A stretch of 64,000 bases of DNA, from the IMG/VR virus record IMGVR_UViG_3300025732_000018, one strand, 5' to 3'. The notes under the pieces were generated by a model. That model ran no database searches. It saw nothing but the letters and a program-made list of their open reading frames with translations, and was not told the origin of the DNA. The position numbers and the translations under genes were made by a program. Below, piece by piece: positions 20,146-30,018 of this stretch (position 1 is the stretch's first letter; every line of letters starts with the position of its first letter). Source of the stretch: a virus.

Positions 20146-21307
20146 TTCTCATCTTCTCCACGATGTCAGTAGTCGAGAAACCCTCGACGAGTGGTATGAT
20201 TATAACTTCAGCTAGATCGTTGCCTACTACGGTAGACACCTGATAGTCGCCTCCCTTGGTGATGATTGACGGCTGTACGCTCTTGATTAGCTCGAGCGGA
20301 GTGTCCTCATCGAAGATGATCACCTCGTCGACCCACTTGATCGCCTCGAGTGCGGCCTTCCTAGACTCCTGGTCATTGATGGGTCTGCACATTCCTTTAA
20401 GCCTGCGAACGCTCTCGTCGCTGTTGATCCCCACTACGAGTCTGTCTCCCATGTCGCGAGACTTCTTAAGTAACTCGATGTGCCCACGGTGCAGGATGTC
20501 GAAGCAGCCGTTGGTGAAGACTACCTTAGGACGCGCCTTAGCTATGTCCTCGGCAGTAAGCTTGTACGTGCCGAAGCGAGTGACTGATATCGTGGCCAGG
20601 GTGGTGGCCTGATGAAGCGCCGTGGCGAGATCCTTTCCTGCAGCCAGAGCTGATACCATTCCGGCAGTCACCACGTCTCCCGCTCCAGTGACGTCGGCCA
20701 CCTCTACCTTCTCGGTCGGGAAGTGTCCAACTGACCCGTCCTTGCTATAGGTGTATATTCCGTCGGATCCAGCCGTCACCACTAGGTTCTCGATGTCATA
20801 GTACTTTAAGACGTCGAGTGCCTCATAACCCTCGACGCCACTCTTCTTGAGTTCCTGCTTGTTCATCTTGACCATCCAGGCTCCGGAGCACTCTTGCAGG
20901 ACTCCCTTGGTATCTACGATAACGCGACTCCCTCTCTCGCTGTAGTACTCGATCAGATCTTCTACTGAAGTGATTGTGCCCTTTAGATAGTCTACCAAGA
21001 CGACGTAGTCGTAGTGCTTGTCAGACTTAAATGAGCTTGTCGGGTGACTGTCGGTGGCGTCGTCGTCACACCTGAAGACTATCTTGTTGTCGCAGACGTA
21101 CCGAGTCTTAAACGAGGTGCTACCCGTCATGATGTCGGGTCTACACCCTAGAGCCTTGAGGTTCTCGTATACGTTGTATACCCCTCCAGACTTACTGGTC
21201 TCTCTGATCTGATAGAAGATTGGGATAGGAGCCTCGGCAGAGACCCTCTCGGTTCCACAGTAGACGTATCGGTCTAGTATGGCGTCTCCGATCACTAGAA
21301 CATTCAT
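20138..21307 (-). CDS. hldE: Bifunctional heptose-7-phosphate kinase / heptose-1-phosphate adenylyltransferase
   Basis: VIGDAILDRY...RVSAEAPIP, ribokinase DVTGAGD, then FTNGCFDILHRGH and KGGDY...STT. SD AAGGTG precedes ATG 21307. Confidence 0.88.
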   Translation of the reverse strand: MNVLVIGDAILDRYVYCGTERVSAEAPIPIFYQIRETSKSGGVYNVYENLKALGCRPDIMTGSTSFKTRYVCDNKIVFRCDDDATDSHPTSSFKSDKHYDYVVLVDYLKGTITSVEDLIEYYSERGSRVIVDTKGVLQECSGAWMVKMNKQELKKSGVEGYEALDVLKYYDIENLVVTAGSDGIYTYSKDGSVGHFPTEKVEVADVTGAGDVVTAGMVSALAAGKDLATALHQATTLATISVTRFGTYKLTAEDIAKARPKVVFTNGCFDILHRGHIELLKKSRDMGDRLVVGINSDESVRRLKGMCRPINDQESRKAALEAIKWVDEVIIFDEDTPLELIKSVQPSIITKGGDYQVSTVVGNDLAEVIIIPLVEGFSTTDIVEKMRNE

Positions 21308-21318
21308 GTCGCTCACCT

Positions 21319-21326
21319 TATAAATA
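21319..21326 (+). promoter_or_regulatory. Late promoter TATAAATA for the gp13 operon
   Basis: Exact consensus about 40 nt upstream of gp13. Confidence 0.8.
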
Positions 21327-21335
21327 CCACGGATC

Positions 21336-21343
21336 TATTTATC
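21336..21343 (-). promoter_or_regulatory. Late promoter GATAAATA for the heptose operon
   Basis: Plus-strand TATTTATC; the same GATAAATA variant precedes gp18 and gp67. Confidence 0.65.
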
Positions 21344-21363
21344 GCTTTACAGAAGAGGCTCAG

Positions 21364-22101
21364 ATGGCCGTTCCCACTACCAGAGAAGAGTTCAAGCTCA
21401 ACTGCCTCCGCCGCTGCGGTTACCCAGTTATCGAGATCAACGTCGACGACGACCAGATAGAGGACCGAATCGACGAGGCCCTGTCTAAGTACTGGGACTA
21501 CCATTTTGACGGTACAGAAAAATTATACTACAAGTACGAGCTAACGTCAACTGATATTGATAACCAGTACATAACTATTCCTGAGAACATCATCGGGGTG
21601 GTCAACCTCTTTGACATCGGAAGCTCGCTCAGTACCAACAACCTGTTCAACATCAGGTACCAGATAGCCCTGAACGACCTCTACACGCTGACCTCGACCA
21701 GCATGGTCCCGTACTACATGGCCATGCAGCACATCCAGCACCTGGAGCAGCTCTTAGTAGGAAAGCAGCCGATCAGGTACAACCGCCACAGGAACAGGCT
21801 CCACATCGACATGGACTGGAAGAAGGTGGACGTCGGTTACTTCATCGTCGCCGAGTGCTACCAGATCGTAGACCCGACCGAGTTCACCAACGTCTGGAAA
21901 GACACCTGGCTCCAGAAGTACGCGGCGGCCCTCATCAAGAGGCAGTGGGGAACCAACCTGACCAAGTTCAGCGGAATGGTCTTGCCAGGTGGCGTGACCT
22001 TCAACGGCGAGAAGATCTACGACGACGCAAACGCGGCGGTAGAGAAGATAGAGGCCGAGCTTCTAGACTACTCGCTTCCAGTCTCAGACATGATAGGCTG
22101 A
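21364..22101 (+). CDS. gp13: Neck protein gp13
   Basis: CLRRCGYPVIEINVDDDQIEDRIDEAL, KRQWGTNLTKF and LPGGVTFNG; T4 synteny. Confidence 0.92.
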   Translation: MAVPTTREEFKLNCLRRCGYPVIEINVDDDQIEDRIDEALSKYWDYHFDGTEKLYYKYELTSTDIDNQYITIPENIIGVVNLFDIGSSLSTNNLFNIRYQIALNDLYTLTSTSMVPYYMAMQHIQHLEQLLVGKQPIRYNRHRNRLHIDMDWKKVDVGYFIVAECYQIVDPTEFTNVWKDTWLQKYAAALIKRQWGTNLTKFSGMVLPGGVTFNGEKIYDDANAAVEKIEAELLDYSLPVSDMIG

Positions 22102-22107
22102 TTCTAG

Positions 22108-22839
22108 ATGGTCACCTCGACGTTCTTCAACAACTACAACAACTTTGCTGAGCAGGGTCTCATCGAGGACTTGATCGTCGAGAGCATCAAGATCTACGGA
22201 ACCGACATCTACTACATGCCTAGAAGGAACGTTAACGTCGACGGCGTCCTGAACGAGCCTGAGTACTACGTGCTGCAGGACTACTGCATGCTCGAGATCT
22301 ACATAAAGAACACTCAGGGCTTTGAGGGCGAGGGTGACTTCATGTCGAAGTTCGGTCTCGAGGTCCGCGAGGAGCTCACGGTCAGCGTCGCCAGAAGGTC
22401 GTGGCTTCAGGACCTAGGACAGCAGTTCGGTTTCATAAGGCCTCGAGAGGGAGACGTCATCTACATGCCAATGACGCAGGACCTGTTCAGCGTCAGGTTC
22501 GTCGAGGACAAGTCTGTCTTCTACCAGATGGGCGCGCTGCAGATGTGGGACCTCTACCTCGAGAAGTTTGAGTACTCCAACGAGGTGTTCAACACCGGGG
22601 TGCCGGAGGTCGACAACGCCGGTAACGCCTACGCGACTGACACGCTTCTCAACCTTGTCACCGAGAGCGCTCTTGACAGGATAACCACGGAGTCTGGAGA
22701 CTTCATCGACCTCAACGAGGTGGAGGCTTCGCTCGACCTTCTAGATCCTAACGCTCAGAACGACGAGTTCCAGACCGAGTCGAACAACATACTTGACTTC
22801 ACTGAAAAAGACCCGTTCAGTGAGGGAGGAATCTACTAA
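22108..22839 (+). CDS. gp14: Neck protein gp14
   Basis: EDLIVESIKIYG, SKFGLE, RPREGDVIY and DFTEKDPF. Confidence 0.92.
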   Translation: MVTSTFFNNYNNFAEQGLIEDLIVESIKIYGTDIYYMPRRNVNVDGVLNEPEYYVLQDYCMLEIYIKNTQGFEGEGDFMSKFGLEVREELTVSVARRSWLQDLGQQFGFIRPREGDVIYMPMTQDLFSVRFVEDKSVFYQMGALQMWDLYLEKFEYSNEVFNTGVPEVDNAGNAYATDTLLNLVTESALDRITTESGDFIDLNEVEASLDLLDPNAQNDEFQTESNNILDFTEKDPFSEGGIY

Positions 22840-23684
22840 TGCTAGGACATAACTTCTACCACGGTCTGACCAGGAAGTACGTCATCCTCTTTGGTACTCT
22901 CTTCAACGACATCTACATATACAGGCAGGACACGCAGGGCGGCGGAAACACTCAGAAGATAAAAGTTCCGATAGCGTACGGACCTCGAGAGAAGTTCCTG
23001 GCTCGCGTCAACGAGGACCCGACCATCAACAGGCCGGTGGCGATCAGGCTGCCTAGGATGGGGTTCGAGATCACCGGCATCAACTACGCTCCGAACAGGG
23101 CTATCTCTAGGGCCGGAAAGTTCAAGTCGAAGATACTCGCCGACGACGAGACGCAGTACTCGAACGTATTCAACCCGTCGCCTTACGACATCAACTTCCA
23201 ACTGTCGATCATGGTGAAGACTAACGAGGACGGCTCGAGGATAATCGAGCAGATCCTTCCTTACTTCAGGCCGGAGTTCAGCATCACAGCAAAGCTCCTG
23301 GACGACTTCCCAGACCTTAAGCTTGACATACCGGTAGTTCTAAACTCGGTGTCTCTCGACGACACCTATGACTCCGACTTCCTGTCAAGGAGAAGTCTGA
23401 CGTTCGTTCTAGACTTCACGATGAAGGCCATGTACTTCGGTCCGGTCATACAGGAGAAGATCATCAAGGTCGCGCAGGTTCCAGTCTACACCGACGCGGC
23501 GATTCAAGCGGACATACAGGCAGACCCACCGACCCAGTACAGTCAGAAGGTCACCACTCAGCCAGGTCTGACCGCCGAGGGTCAGCCAACCACCGTGCTC
23601 GCCGACAGCATAGACCCGCTGCTGATCGACGAGGTAGATAACTATGCATACATCGTGACCACGGAGGAACCTAATGTCGCGTGA
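22839..23684 (+). CDS. gp15: Tail sheath stabiliser/terminator gp15
   Basis: FGTLFNDI, KVPIAYGPREKF, LPRMGFE and EQILPYF. Confidence 0.92.
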   Translation: MLGHNFYHGLTRKYVILFGTLFNDIYIYRQDTQGGGNTQKIKVPIAYGPREKFLARVNEDPTINRPVAIRLPRMGFEITGINYAPNRAISRAGKFKSKILADDETQYSNVFNPSPYDINFQLSIMVKTNEDGSRIIEQILPYFRPEFSITAKLLDDFPDLKLDIPVVLNSVSLDDTYDSDFLSRRSLTFVLDFTMKAMYFGPVIQEKIIKVAQVPVYTDAAIQADIQADPPTQYSQKVTTQPGLTAEGQPTTVLADSIDPLLIDEVDNYAYIVTTEEPNVA

Positions 23685-24051
23685 CGTAATTGCTAACTCT
23701 CTCAACATGACTCCCATGTCCGTGGAGGATCCGATCCCGGTCGACCACGTCGAGGACGACTACGACTTCGCTAGAAAGAACCTAAGAGACGTCATCCATC
23801 GCGGAGCGTCTGCCCTAGAGGACATCATCGACATAGCCCAGCAGAGCGAGTCACCTCGAGCCTACGAGGTCGTGTCGACACTCATCGGTCAGATAACCGA
23901 CGCCAACAAGAAGCTTCTAGAGCTGGCAGCCCAGAAGAAGAAGCTTCAGGACGAGAAGCAGTCGGACGGACCATCGACCGTCAACAACAACCTGTTCGTC
24001 GGAAACTCCACCGAGCTTCTAAAGATGCTCAAGGCCAAGGCGAATGAGTGA
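23674..24051 (+). CDS. gp16: Terminase small subunit gp16
   Basis: DDYDFARKNL, ESPRAYEV and NNLFVGNSTELLKML. Confidence 0.9.
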   Translation: MSRDVIANSLNMTPMSVEDPIPVDHVEDDYDFARKNLRDVIHRGASALEDIIDIAQQSESPRAYEVVSTLIGQITDANKKLLELAAQKKKLQDEKQSDGPSTVNNNLFVGNSTELLKMLKAKANE

Positions 24052-25669
24052 CATCTACCTCGGCAACAACAACCTAAAGCGCGCCGGCGTCGTAATAGAC
24101 TTTAAGAGGGAGCAGATCGAGGAGTTCATAAAGTGCTCCCAGGATCCCGTCTACTTCTGCGAGAACTACGTCAAGATCGTCAGCGTCGACAAGGGTCTGA
24201 TCCCGTTCGTCCCTTACGAGTATCAGAAGACCATGTTCAAGCAGATAGTGGGCAACAGGTTCACCATCTGCAAGATGCCTCGCCAGGTCGGTAAGACCAC
24301 CGGAGTCGTCGGTCTCCTCCTGTGGTACGTTCTCTTCAACGAGAACTACAGCATCGCAGTCCTGGCCAACAAGGAGAAGCAGTCCAGGGAGATCTTAGGT
24401 CGCGTCCAGCTGGCCTACGAGTGGCTTCCTAAGTGGCTGCAGCAGGGCATCGTCGAGTGGAACAAGAGCAACATAGTCCTCGAGAACGGCTCGAAGATAA
24501 TGGCCTCGTCCACCTCCTCGAGCGCCATCCGTGGACAGTCCTACAACATGGTGTACCTCGACGAGTTCGCGTTCGTACCCAGGAACATCCAGGACCAGTT
24601 CTTCGCCTCGACCTTCCCGACCATCTCGTCCGGTCAGACCAGTAAGGTGGTGATCACCTCTACCCCCAATGGCATGGACTTGTTCCACAAGCTCTGGGTA
24701 GACTCGGAGCACGACAGGAACACCTACGTCAGGGTAGACGTCCACTGGTCAGACGTCCCAGGTCGCGACGAGGCCTGGCGAGACGAGATGATCAGGAACA
24801 CCAGCGAGCAGCAGTTCAAGCAGGAGTTCGAGTGCGAGTTCCTCGGATCGACCAACACCCTCATCTCAGGATCTTATCTCTCTAAGATGGTTTTCTACCC
24901 TCCGATCGAGTCGAAGAACGGGCTAGACATATACGAGAGGGCTAAGAAGGACCACACCTACGTCTGCGCCGCCGACACCAGTCGAGGGGTGGGACTGGAC
25001 TACTCGGCCTTCGTCATAGTCGACGTCACCGAGTTCCCGTACAAGATGGTGGCCAAGTTCAGGGACAACATGATGGAGCCGGTACTGTTTCCGACCCTCA
25101 TCATAAATACGTGTCGGCACTACAACGACGCCTACGTCTTGGTGGAGGTCAACGACAACGGCCAGCAGATCGTCGACATGCTCTACATGGAGTTCGAGTA
25201 CGAGAACGTTGTCATGACCCAGCCTAACCCAAAGGTGGGCGTAAGGGCCAACTCGGAGGGTGGAAGAAAGACCCGCTTAGGAGTAAAGACCACGGCCACG
25301 GTCAAGAAAGTCGGCTGCTCTAACTTCAAGTCCCTGGTCGAGAACAACAAGCTGTTCATACCGGACTACGACACCATACAGGAGCTGGCCTCCTTCATAG
25401 CCGTAAACTCCTCCTTCCAGGCCGAAGAGGGGAAACATGACGACTTGGTCATGTGTCTGGTCCTGTTCTCGTGGCTGGCTAACCAGCAGTACTTCAGGGA
25501 CCTGACTAGCCTAGACTACAGGAAGCACATAGCGCTAGACAATGAGAGATTTATAGAGGAACAATTGACACCGTTTGGAATGATCGAGGACGGCCGGGAC
25601 GAGTACCAGGATGACAACGGGTACAGAATCATTGACTCCAATAGCTTTGATAGGGATCTCCTCCTATAA
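24044..25669 (+). CDS. gp17: Terminase large subunit gp17
   Basis: PRQVGKTT Walker A, YLDEFAF, ITSTPNG and HDDLVM. Confidence 0.96.
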   Translation: MSDIYLGNNNLKRAGVVIDFKREQIEEFIKCSQDPVYFCENYVKIVSVDKGLIPFVPYEYQKTMFKQIVGNRFTICKMPRQVGKTTGVVGLLLWYVLFNENYSIAVLANKEKQSREILGRVQLAYEWLPKWLQQGIVEWNKSNIVLENGSKIMASSTSSSAIRGQSYNMVYLDEFAFVPRNIQDQFFASTFPTISSGQTSKVVITSTPNGMDLFHKLWVDSEHDRNTYVRVDVHWSDVPGRDEAWRDEMIRNTSEQQFKQEFECEFLGSTNTLISGSYLSKMVFYPPIESKNGLDIYERAKKDHTYVCAADTSRGVGLDYSAFVIVDVTEFPYKMVAKFRDNMMEPVLFPTLIINTCRHYNDAYVLVEVNDNGQQIVDMLYMEFEYENVVMTQPNPKVGVRANSEGGRKTRLGVKTTATVKKVGCSNFKSLVENNKLFIPDYDTIQELASFIAVNSSFQAEEGKHDDLVMCLVLFSWLANQQYFRDLTSLDYRKHIALDNERFIEEQLTPFGMIEDGRDEYQDDNGYRIIDSNSFDRDLLL

Positions 25670-25680
25670 TTCTACCAATT

Positions 25681-25688
25681 GATAAATA
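25681..25688 (+). promoter_or_regulatory. Late promoter GATAAATA for gp18
   Basis: Intergenic NATAAATA. Confidence 0.75.
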
Positions 25689-25738
25689 AACGAGTAAGAA
25701 AAGAATTGAAAACGTTCTTATCATAAAAGGAGATCACA

Positions 25739-27838
25739 ATGCCATTTCAGGTTTCACCGGGCGTAAATGTCTCTGAGATTGACCTTACTACGATCGTCCC
25801 TGCAGTATCCACCACAGAGGGTGGTATCGCGGGTGTCTTTCGCTGGGGTCCAATCGAAGACCGCCAACTAATAAGCAACGAGGATGAGCTCGTCCGCTCG
25901 TACGGCAAGCCGGACGACAACAACTACGAGACCTTCTTCACTGCAGCATCGTTCCTAGCCTACGGTAACAAGCTGTACGTCTCTCGCGCCGCGGCGTCCA
26001 ACGCCTACAACGCTAGGGCAAACACCGCTGGTACCGCTACCTCTGTCCAGATCAAGAACAAGGTAGCCTTCGAGACGTTCACCCCGGACGCCAACGTCAC
26101 TTTCTACGCTAAGTACGCAGGCGCCCTCGGTAACTCTCTCAAGGTCTCGGTCATCGACAGTGAGGCAGCATACCACAGCCTCATCTTTGGAGACACGACT
26201 TCTACGGTATCAGTAGTTGGCGACTCTACTGCCGCCGGCGACGGTACGGTTCCAGTAGCAAACGGCATCTTTGCAGACGCCAACAGCATCTTGCAGGTTA
26301 CTGGTACGGTCGGAAGCGCGAACCTAACCGTCGTCATCAGTAGCACAAGCAGCACTACTGCTAACACGGACTACCAGACCCTTCTGACCAAGCTTACCGT
26401 AGGTGACTACATCCGCGTCGGTGACTCGACTGTCGGCTATCAGGACATGAAGATCAAGGCTCTGAACACGGTTCCGGCTTCAAACACTGCTACCGCTATC
26501 ACAGCGATCATCAACTGTGAGAACATATTCGGTCTGTCCGGCAACGTCACGATGAACGACAAGTTCATTCGCTACTGGGAGTTCTACAACACCGTCGACG
26601 CCCCTCCAGGACAGTCGGCTTACATACAGAACAACACTACCAGCACCGTCAAGGACGAGATGCACATCGTTGTCGTCGATGCTGACGGCAAGTGGACAGG
26701 TATCAAGGGCACTATCCTTGAGGCTTGGGAAGGTCTCTCTCGCGCTACCGACGCTAAGTCGGAGCAGGGTGGAACCCTTTACTATAAAGAAGTTCTCAAG
26801 AACGGTTCAAGATACCTCTACGCTGGATCTAACAGGTCTGGGTCGGCTACAGGCACTGCTGCCGCTCTTACGGCTTCAACAAACACCAAGCCTCTCTCGG
26901 CAGTCATGTCTGACGGCACCGACGGTGTGTCTGAGACTGCGATCTCGGTGTCTGCTCTCGCCAATGCCTACGACCAGTTCAAGTCAGCTGAGGACGTCGA
27001 CATCAGTCTAGTTCTGGCTGGTAAGGCGATCGGAGGCACCAACGGAGAACAGGTAGCCAACTACCTCATCGACAACATCGCTGAGTTCCGCAGGGACTGC
27101 GTGGTGTTCGTATCTCCTGACGTTAACGACGTGGTCAACAACGTCGGTGAGGAAGTCGAGGCTCTCGTTGCTTTCCGCGACGGACTTCGCTCGACCTCAT
27201 ACGCGGTCATGGACAGCGGCTACAAGTACATGTACGACCGCTACAACGACAAGTATCGCTACGTACCTCTGAACGGCGACACCGCCGGTCTCTGCGTTCG
27301 TACCGACGACCTCCGCGACCCTTGGTTCTCACCGGCCGGCTTCAACCGCGGTCAGATCAAGAACGTGGTTCGTCTGGCCTACAATCCAGACAAGGCCGAC
27401 CGCGACGTCCTCTACAAGAAGGGCATCAACCCGGTCGTCACCTTCCCTGGTCAGGGCACCATTCTCTACGGAGACAAGACTCTCCTGGCCAAGCCGTCGG
27501 CTTTCGACAGGATCAACGTCCGCCGTCTCTTCATCGTTCTTGAGAAGTCGATCGCGACCTCTGCTAAGTTCACCCTGTTCGAGTTCAACGACGAGTTCAC
27601 CAGGGCGACCTTCAAGAACCTGGTTGAGCCGTTCCTTCGCGACGTGCAGGGAAGGCGCGGTATCTATGACTTCAAGGTGGTCTGCGACACGACCAACAAC
27701 ACCCCTGAGGTCATCGACCGCAACGAGTTCATTGGCGACATCTATATCAAGCCTGCTCGCTCCATCAACTTCATTCAGCTCAACTTTGTGGCTGTGAGGA
27801 CGGGCGTGCAGTTTGAAGAAGTCGTCGGCAGGTTCTAA
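25739..27838 (+). CDS. gp18: Tail sheath protein gp18
   Basis: SPGVNVSEIDLT, PWFSPAGFNRG, FDRINVRRLF and KPARSINFIQLNF. Confidence 0.96.
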   Translation: MPFQVSPGVNVSEIDLTTIVPAVSTTEGGIAGVFRWGPIEDRQLISNEDELVRSYGKPDDNNYETFFTAASFLAYGNKLYVSRAAASNAYNARANTAGTATSVQIKNKVAFETFTPDANVTFYAKYAGALGNSLKVSVIDSEAAYHSLIFGDTTSTVSVVGDSTAAGDGTVPVANGIFADANSILQVTGTVGSANLTVVISSTSSTTANTDYQTLLTKLTVGDYIRVGDSTVGYQDMKIKALNTVPASNTATAITAIINCENIFGLSGNVTMNDKFIRYWEFYNTVDAPPGQSAYIQNNTTSTVKDEMHIVVVDADGKWTGIKGTILEAWEGLSRATDAKSEQGGTLYYKEVLKNGSRYLYAGSNRSGSATGTAAALTASTNTKPLSAVMSDGTDGVSETAISVSALANAYDQFKSAEDVDISLVLAGKAIGGTNGEQVANYLIDNIAEFRRDCVVFVSPDVNDVVNNVGEEVEALVAFRDGLRSTSYAVMDSGYKYMYDRYNDKYRYVPLNGDTAGLCVRTDDLRDPWFSPAGFNRGQIKNVVRLAYNPDKADRDVLYKKGINPVVTFPGQGTILYGDKTLLAKPSAFDRINVRRLFIVLEKSIATSAKFTLFEFNDEFTRATFKNLVEPFLRDVQGRRGIYDFKVVCDTTNNTPEVIDRNEFIGDIYIKPARSINFIQLNFVAVRTGVQFEEVVGRF

Positions 27839-27850
27839 TAGGAGGGAATA

Positions 27851-28402
27851 ATGGCTTTCAGCATTAACGACATCAGAAGCCAGCTTACCTTCGGTGGTGC
27901 TCGCCCCAACCTGTTTCAGGTGGCGATCACTAACCCGATCAACCCGGCAGCTGACCTCAAGGTACCGTTCATGGCAAAGGCGACTACCCTGCCTGAGTCA
28001 AACATCGGTCTCATCGAGGTACCTTACTTCGGCCGCAAGATCAAGCTGGCAGGCGACAGAACGTTCGCCGAGTGGACTACCACTATCATCAACGACGAGG
28101 ACTTCCTGATCAGGAACGCCCTCGAGCAGTGGATCAACACCATACAGTCGCCGGAGTCCAACCTCCGCGAGCTGGCTAACCCGTCGCCTCTTCTGTACAA
28201 GTCTCAGGCGACTGTTACTCAGTTCGGAAAGACCGGCGACGTGCTTCGCATCTACCAGTTCAACGGGATCTACCCTCAGACTCTCGCGCCGATCGATCTC
28301 TCTTGGGAGTCGGTCGACACGATCGAGGAGTTCCAGGTGACCTGGCAGTACGACAGCTTCGAGGTCATCGGTGGAATCACCGGGATCCCTGGTCCAGTAT
28401 AA
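27851..28402 (+). CDS. gp19: Tail tube protein gp19
   Basis: GGARPNLF, GRKIKLAGDRTF and IEEFQVTW. Confidence 0.95.
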   Translation: MAFSINDIRSQLTFGGARPNLFQVAITNPINPAADLKVPFMAKATTLPESNIGLIEVPYFGRKIKLAGDRTFAEWTTTIINDEDFLIRNALEQWINTIQSPESNLRELANPSPLLYKSQATVTQFGKTGDVLRIYQFNGIYPQTLAPIDLSWESVDTIEEFQVTWQYDSFEVIGGITGIPGPV

Positions 28403-28416
28403 TAAGTGACTCAATG

Positions 28417-28444
28417 GAGGGGCTATAAATGTATATAGCCCCTC
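28417..28444 (+). terminator. 11-bp hairpin between gp19 and gp20 containing a TATAAAT element
   Basis: GAGGGGCTATA-AATGTA-TATAGCCCCTC. Confidence 0.55.
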
Positions 28445-28464
28445 TATACTATTAGGAAATCATC

Positions 28465-29979
28465 ATGGATCTGTTCGGCTTTAAGATTGTTAAGAAGAGC
28501 GACGAGGAGAAGCAACCTCTGTCGTTCGCACCGCCCGTCGAGGACGACGGCGCGGTAGTCGTCGCTGCCGGTGGCTACTACGGTACGTACGTAGACCTCG
28601 AAGGTACGACGAAGAATGAGAACGACCTGATCACCCGCTACCGCGAGATGTCGCTTCAGCCGGAGTGTGAGAGCGCGATCGACGACATCGTCAACGACGC
28701 CATCATAACTGACGAGGACGAGATAGTCACGATCAACCTAGACACCGTCGAGGTCCCTGAGAACATCAAGGAGATCATCAAAGACGAGTTTGACGAGATC
28801 AAGAAACTTCTCAACTTTGACAGCACTGCGTACGAGTTGTTCAAGCGTTGGTACATCGACGGTCGGTTGAACTATCACATACTGATAGATCCTGACAACC
28901 CGATGGACGGAATCAAGGAGCTCAGGTACCTTGACCCAAGAAAGATTAAGAAGATCAGACAGGTAGAGGCGAAGCGCAAGGGCGCGGCCACTATGAAGAA
29001 GGTCAAGGAAGAGTTCTACATCTACAACGACAGGGGCTTTGGCAAGGGTTCCGTGGCTCTTACTCAAGGTGACCACAGCAGCACTCAGGGTCTCAGGATC
29101 GCCAGAGACTCGATACTAAGCGTTACTTCGGGCCTCACAGACCAGAACAACATGGTCGTACTGTCGTACCTACATAAGGCGATCAAGCCGCTCAACCAGC
29201 TCAGGACCCTAGAGGACGCGACGGTCATCTACAGGATGTCTCGAGCTCCGGAGCGCAGGATATTCTACATCGACGTCGGTAACCTTCCTAAGATGAAGGC
29301 CGAGCAGTATCTTCGTGACATGATGGTCAAGCACAAGAACCGACTGATCTACGACGCCAGCACCGGTGAGATCAGGGACGATCGTAAGTTCATGACCATG
29401 ATGGAGGACTACTGGCTCCCTCGTCGCGACGGCAACAGGGGAACCGAGATCCAGACTCTTCCAGGCGGGCAGAACCTAGGTGAGCTCGAGGACGTTAAGT
29501 ACTTCAGAAAGAAGCTTTACAACGCCCTCAACGTTCCAGTTAGTCGTCTTGAGACTGAGACTGGGTTCAACATGGGTAGGACCAGCGAGATCTCTCGAGA
29601 CGAGGTGAAGTTCACCAAGTTCATCTCTAGGCTGAGAAAGAGGTTCTCGATCCTGTTCCTTAAGGCTCTCGAAAAGCAGCTAATCCTTAAGAACGTGATC
29701 ACTCCAGAGGACTGGCCGGATCTGCAGTACAAGATCGGCTTTGACTTCGCTAACGACAACTTCTTCGGCGAGCTCAAAGACAACGACATCCTCAAGGAGA
29801 GAATCGCGATCGCCGATGGGATACAGACCTACATCGGAAAGTACTTCTCGAACGAGTGGGTCAGGAAGAACGTGTTCAAGCAGACTGACGAGGACATCAA
29901 GAACGAGGACGCTCTGATAAAGCAAGAAACTCCCGAGATGACCCCTCTGCCTCCAGGCACGCCGCCTCAGACAGAGTAA
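28465..29979 (+). CDS. gp20: Portal protein gp20
   Basis: YRMSRAPERRIFYIDVGNLP, EDYWLPRR and LPGGQNLGE. Confidence 0.96.
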   Translation: MDLFGFKIVKKSDEEKQPLSFAPPVEDDGAVVVAAGGYYGTYVDLEGTTKNENDLITRYREMSLQPECESAIDDIVNDAIITDEDEIVTINLDTVEVPENIKEIIKDEFDEIKKLLNFDSTAYELFKRWYIDGRLNYHILIDPDNPMDGIKELRYLDPRKIKKIRQVEAKRKGAATMKKVKEEFYIYNDRGFGKGSVALTQGDHSSTQGLRIARDSILSVTSGLTDQNNMVVLSYLHKAIKPLNQLRTLEDATVIYRMSRAPERRIFYIDVGNLPKMKAEQYLRDMMVKHKNRLIYDASTGEIRDDRKFMTMMEDYWLPRRDGNRGTEIQTLPGGQNLGELEDVKYFRKKLYNALNVPVSRLETETGFNMGRTSEISRDEVKFTKFISRLRKRFSILFLKALEKQLILKNVITPEDWPDLQYKIGFDFANDNFFGELKDNDILKERIAIADGIQTYIGKYFSNEWVRKNVFKQTDEDIKNEDALIKQETPEMTPLPPGTPPQTE

Positions 29980-29988
29980 CGAGCTTTT

Positions 29989-29996
29989 GATAAATA
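29989..29996 (+). promoter_or_regulatory. Late promoter GATAAATA
   Basis: Intergenic, upstream of 30019. Confidence 0.75.
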
Positions 29997-30018
29997 AAGA
30001 AGACAGGAGATAGTTATC

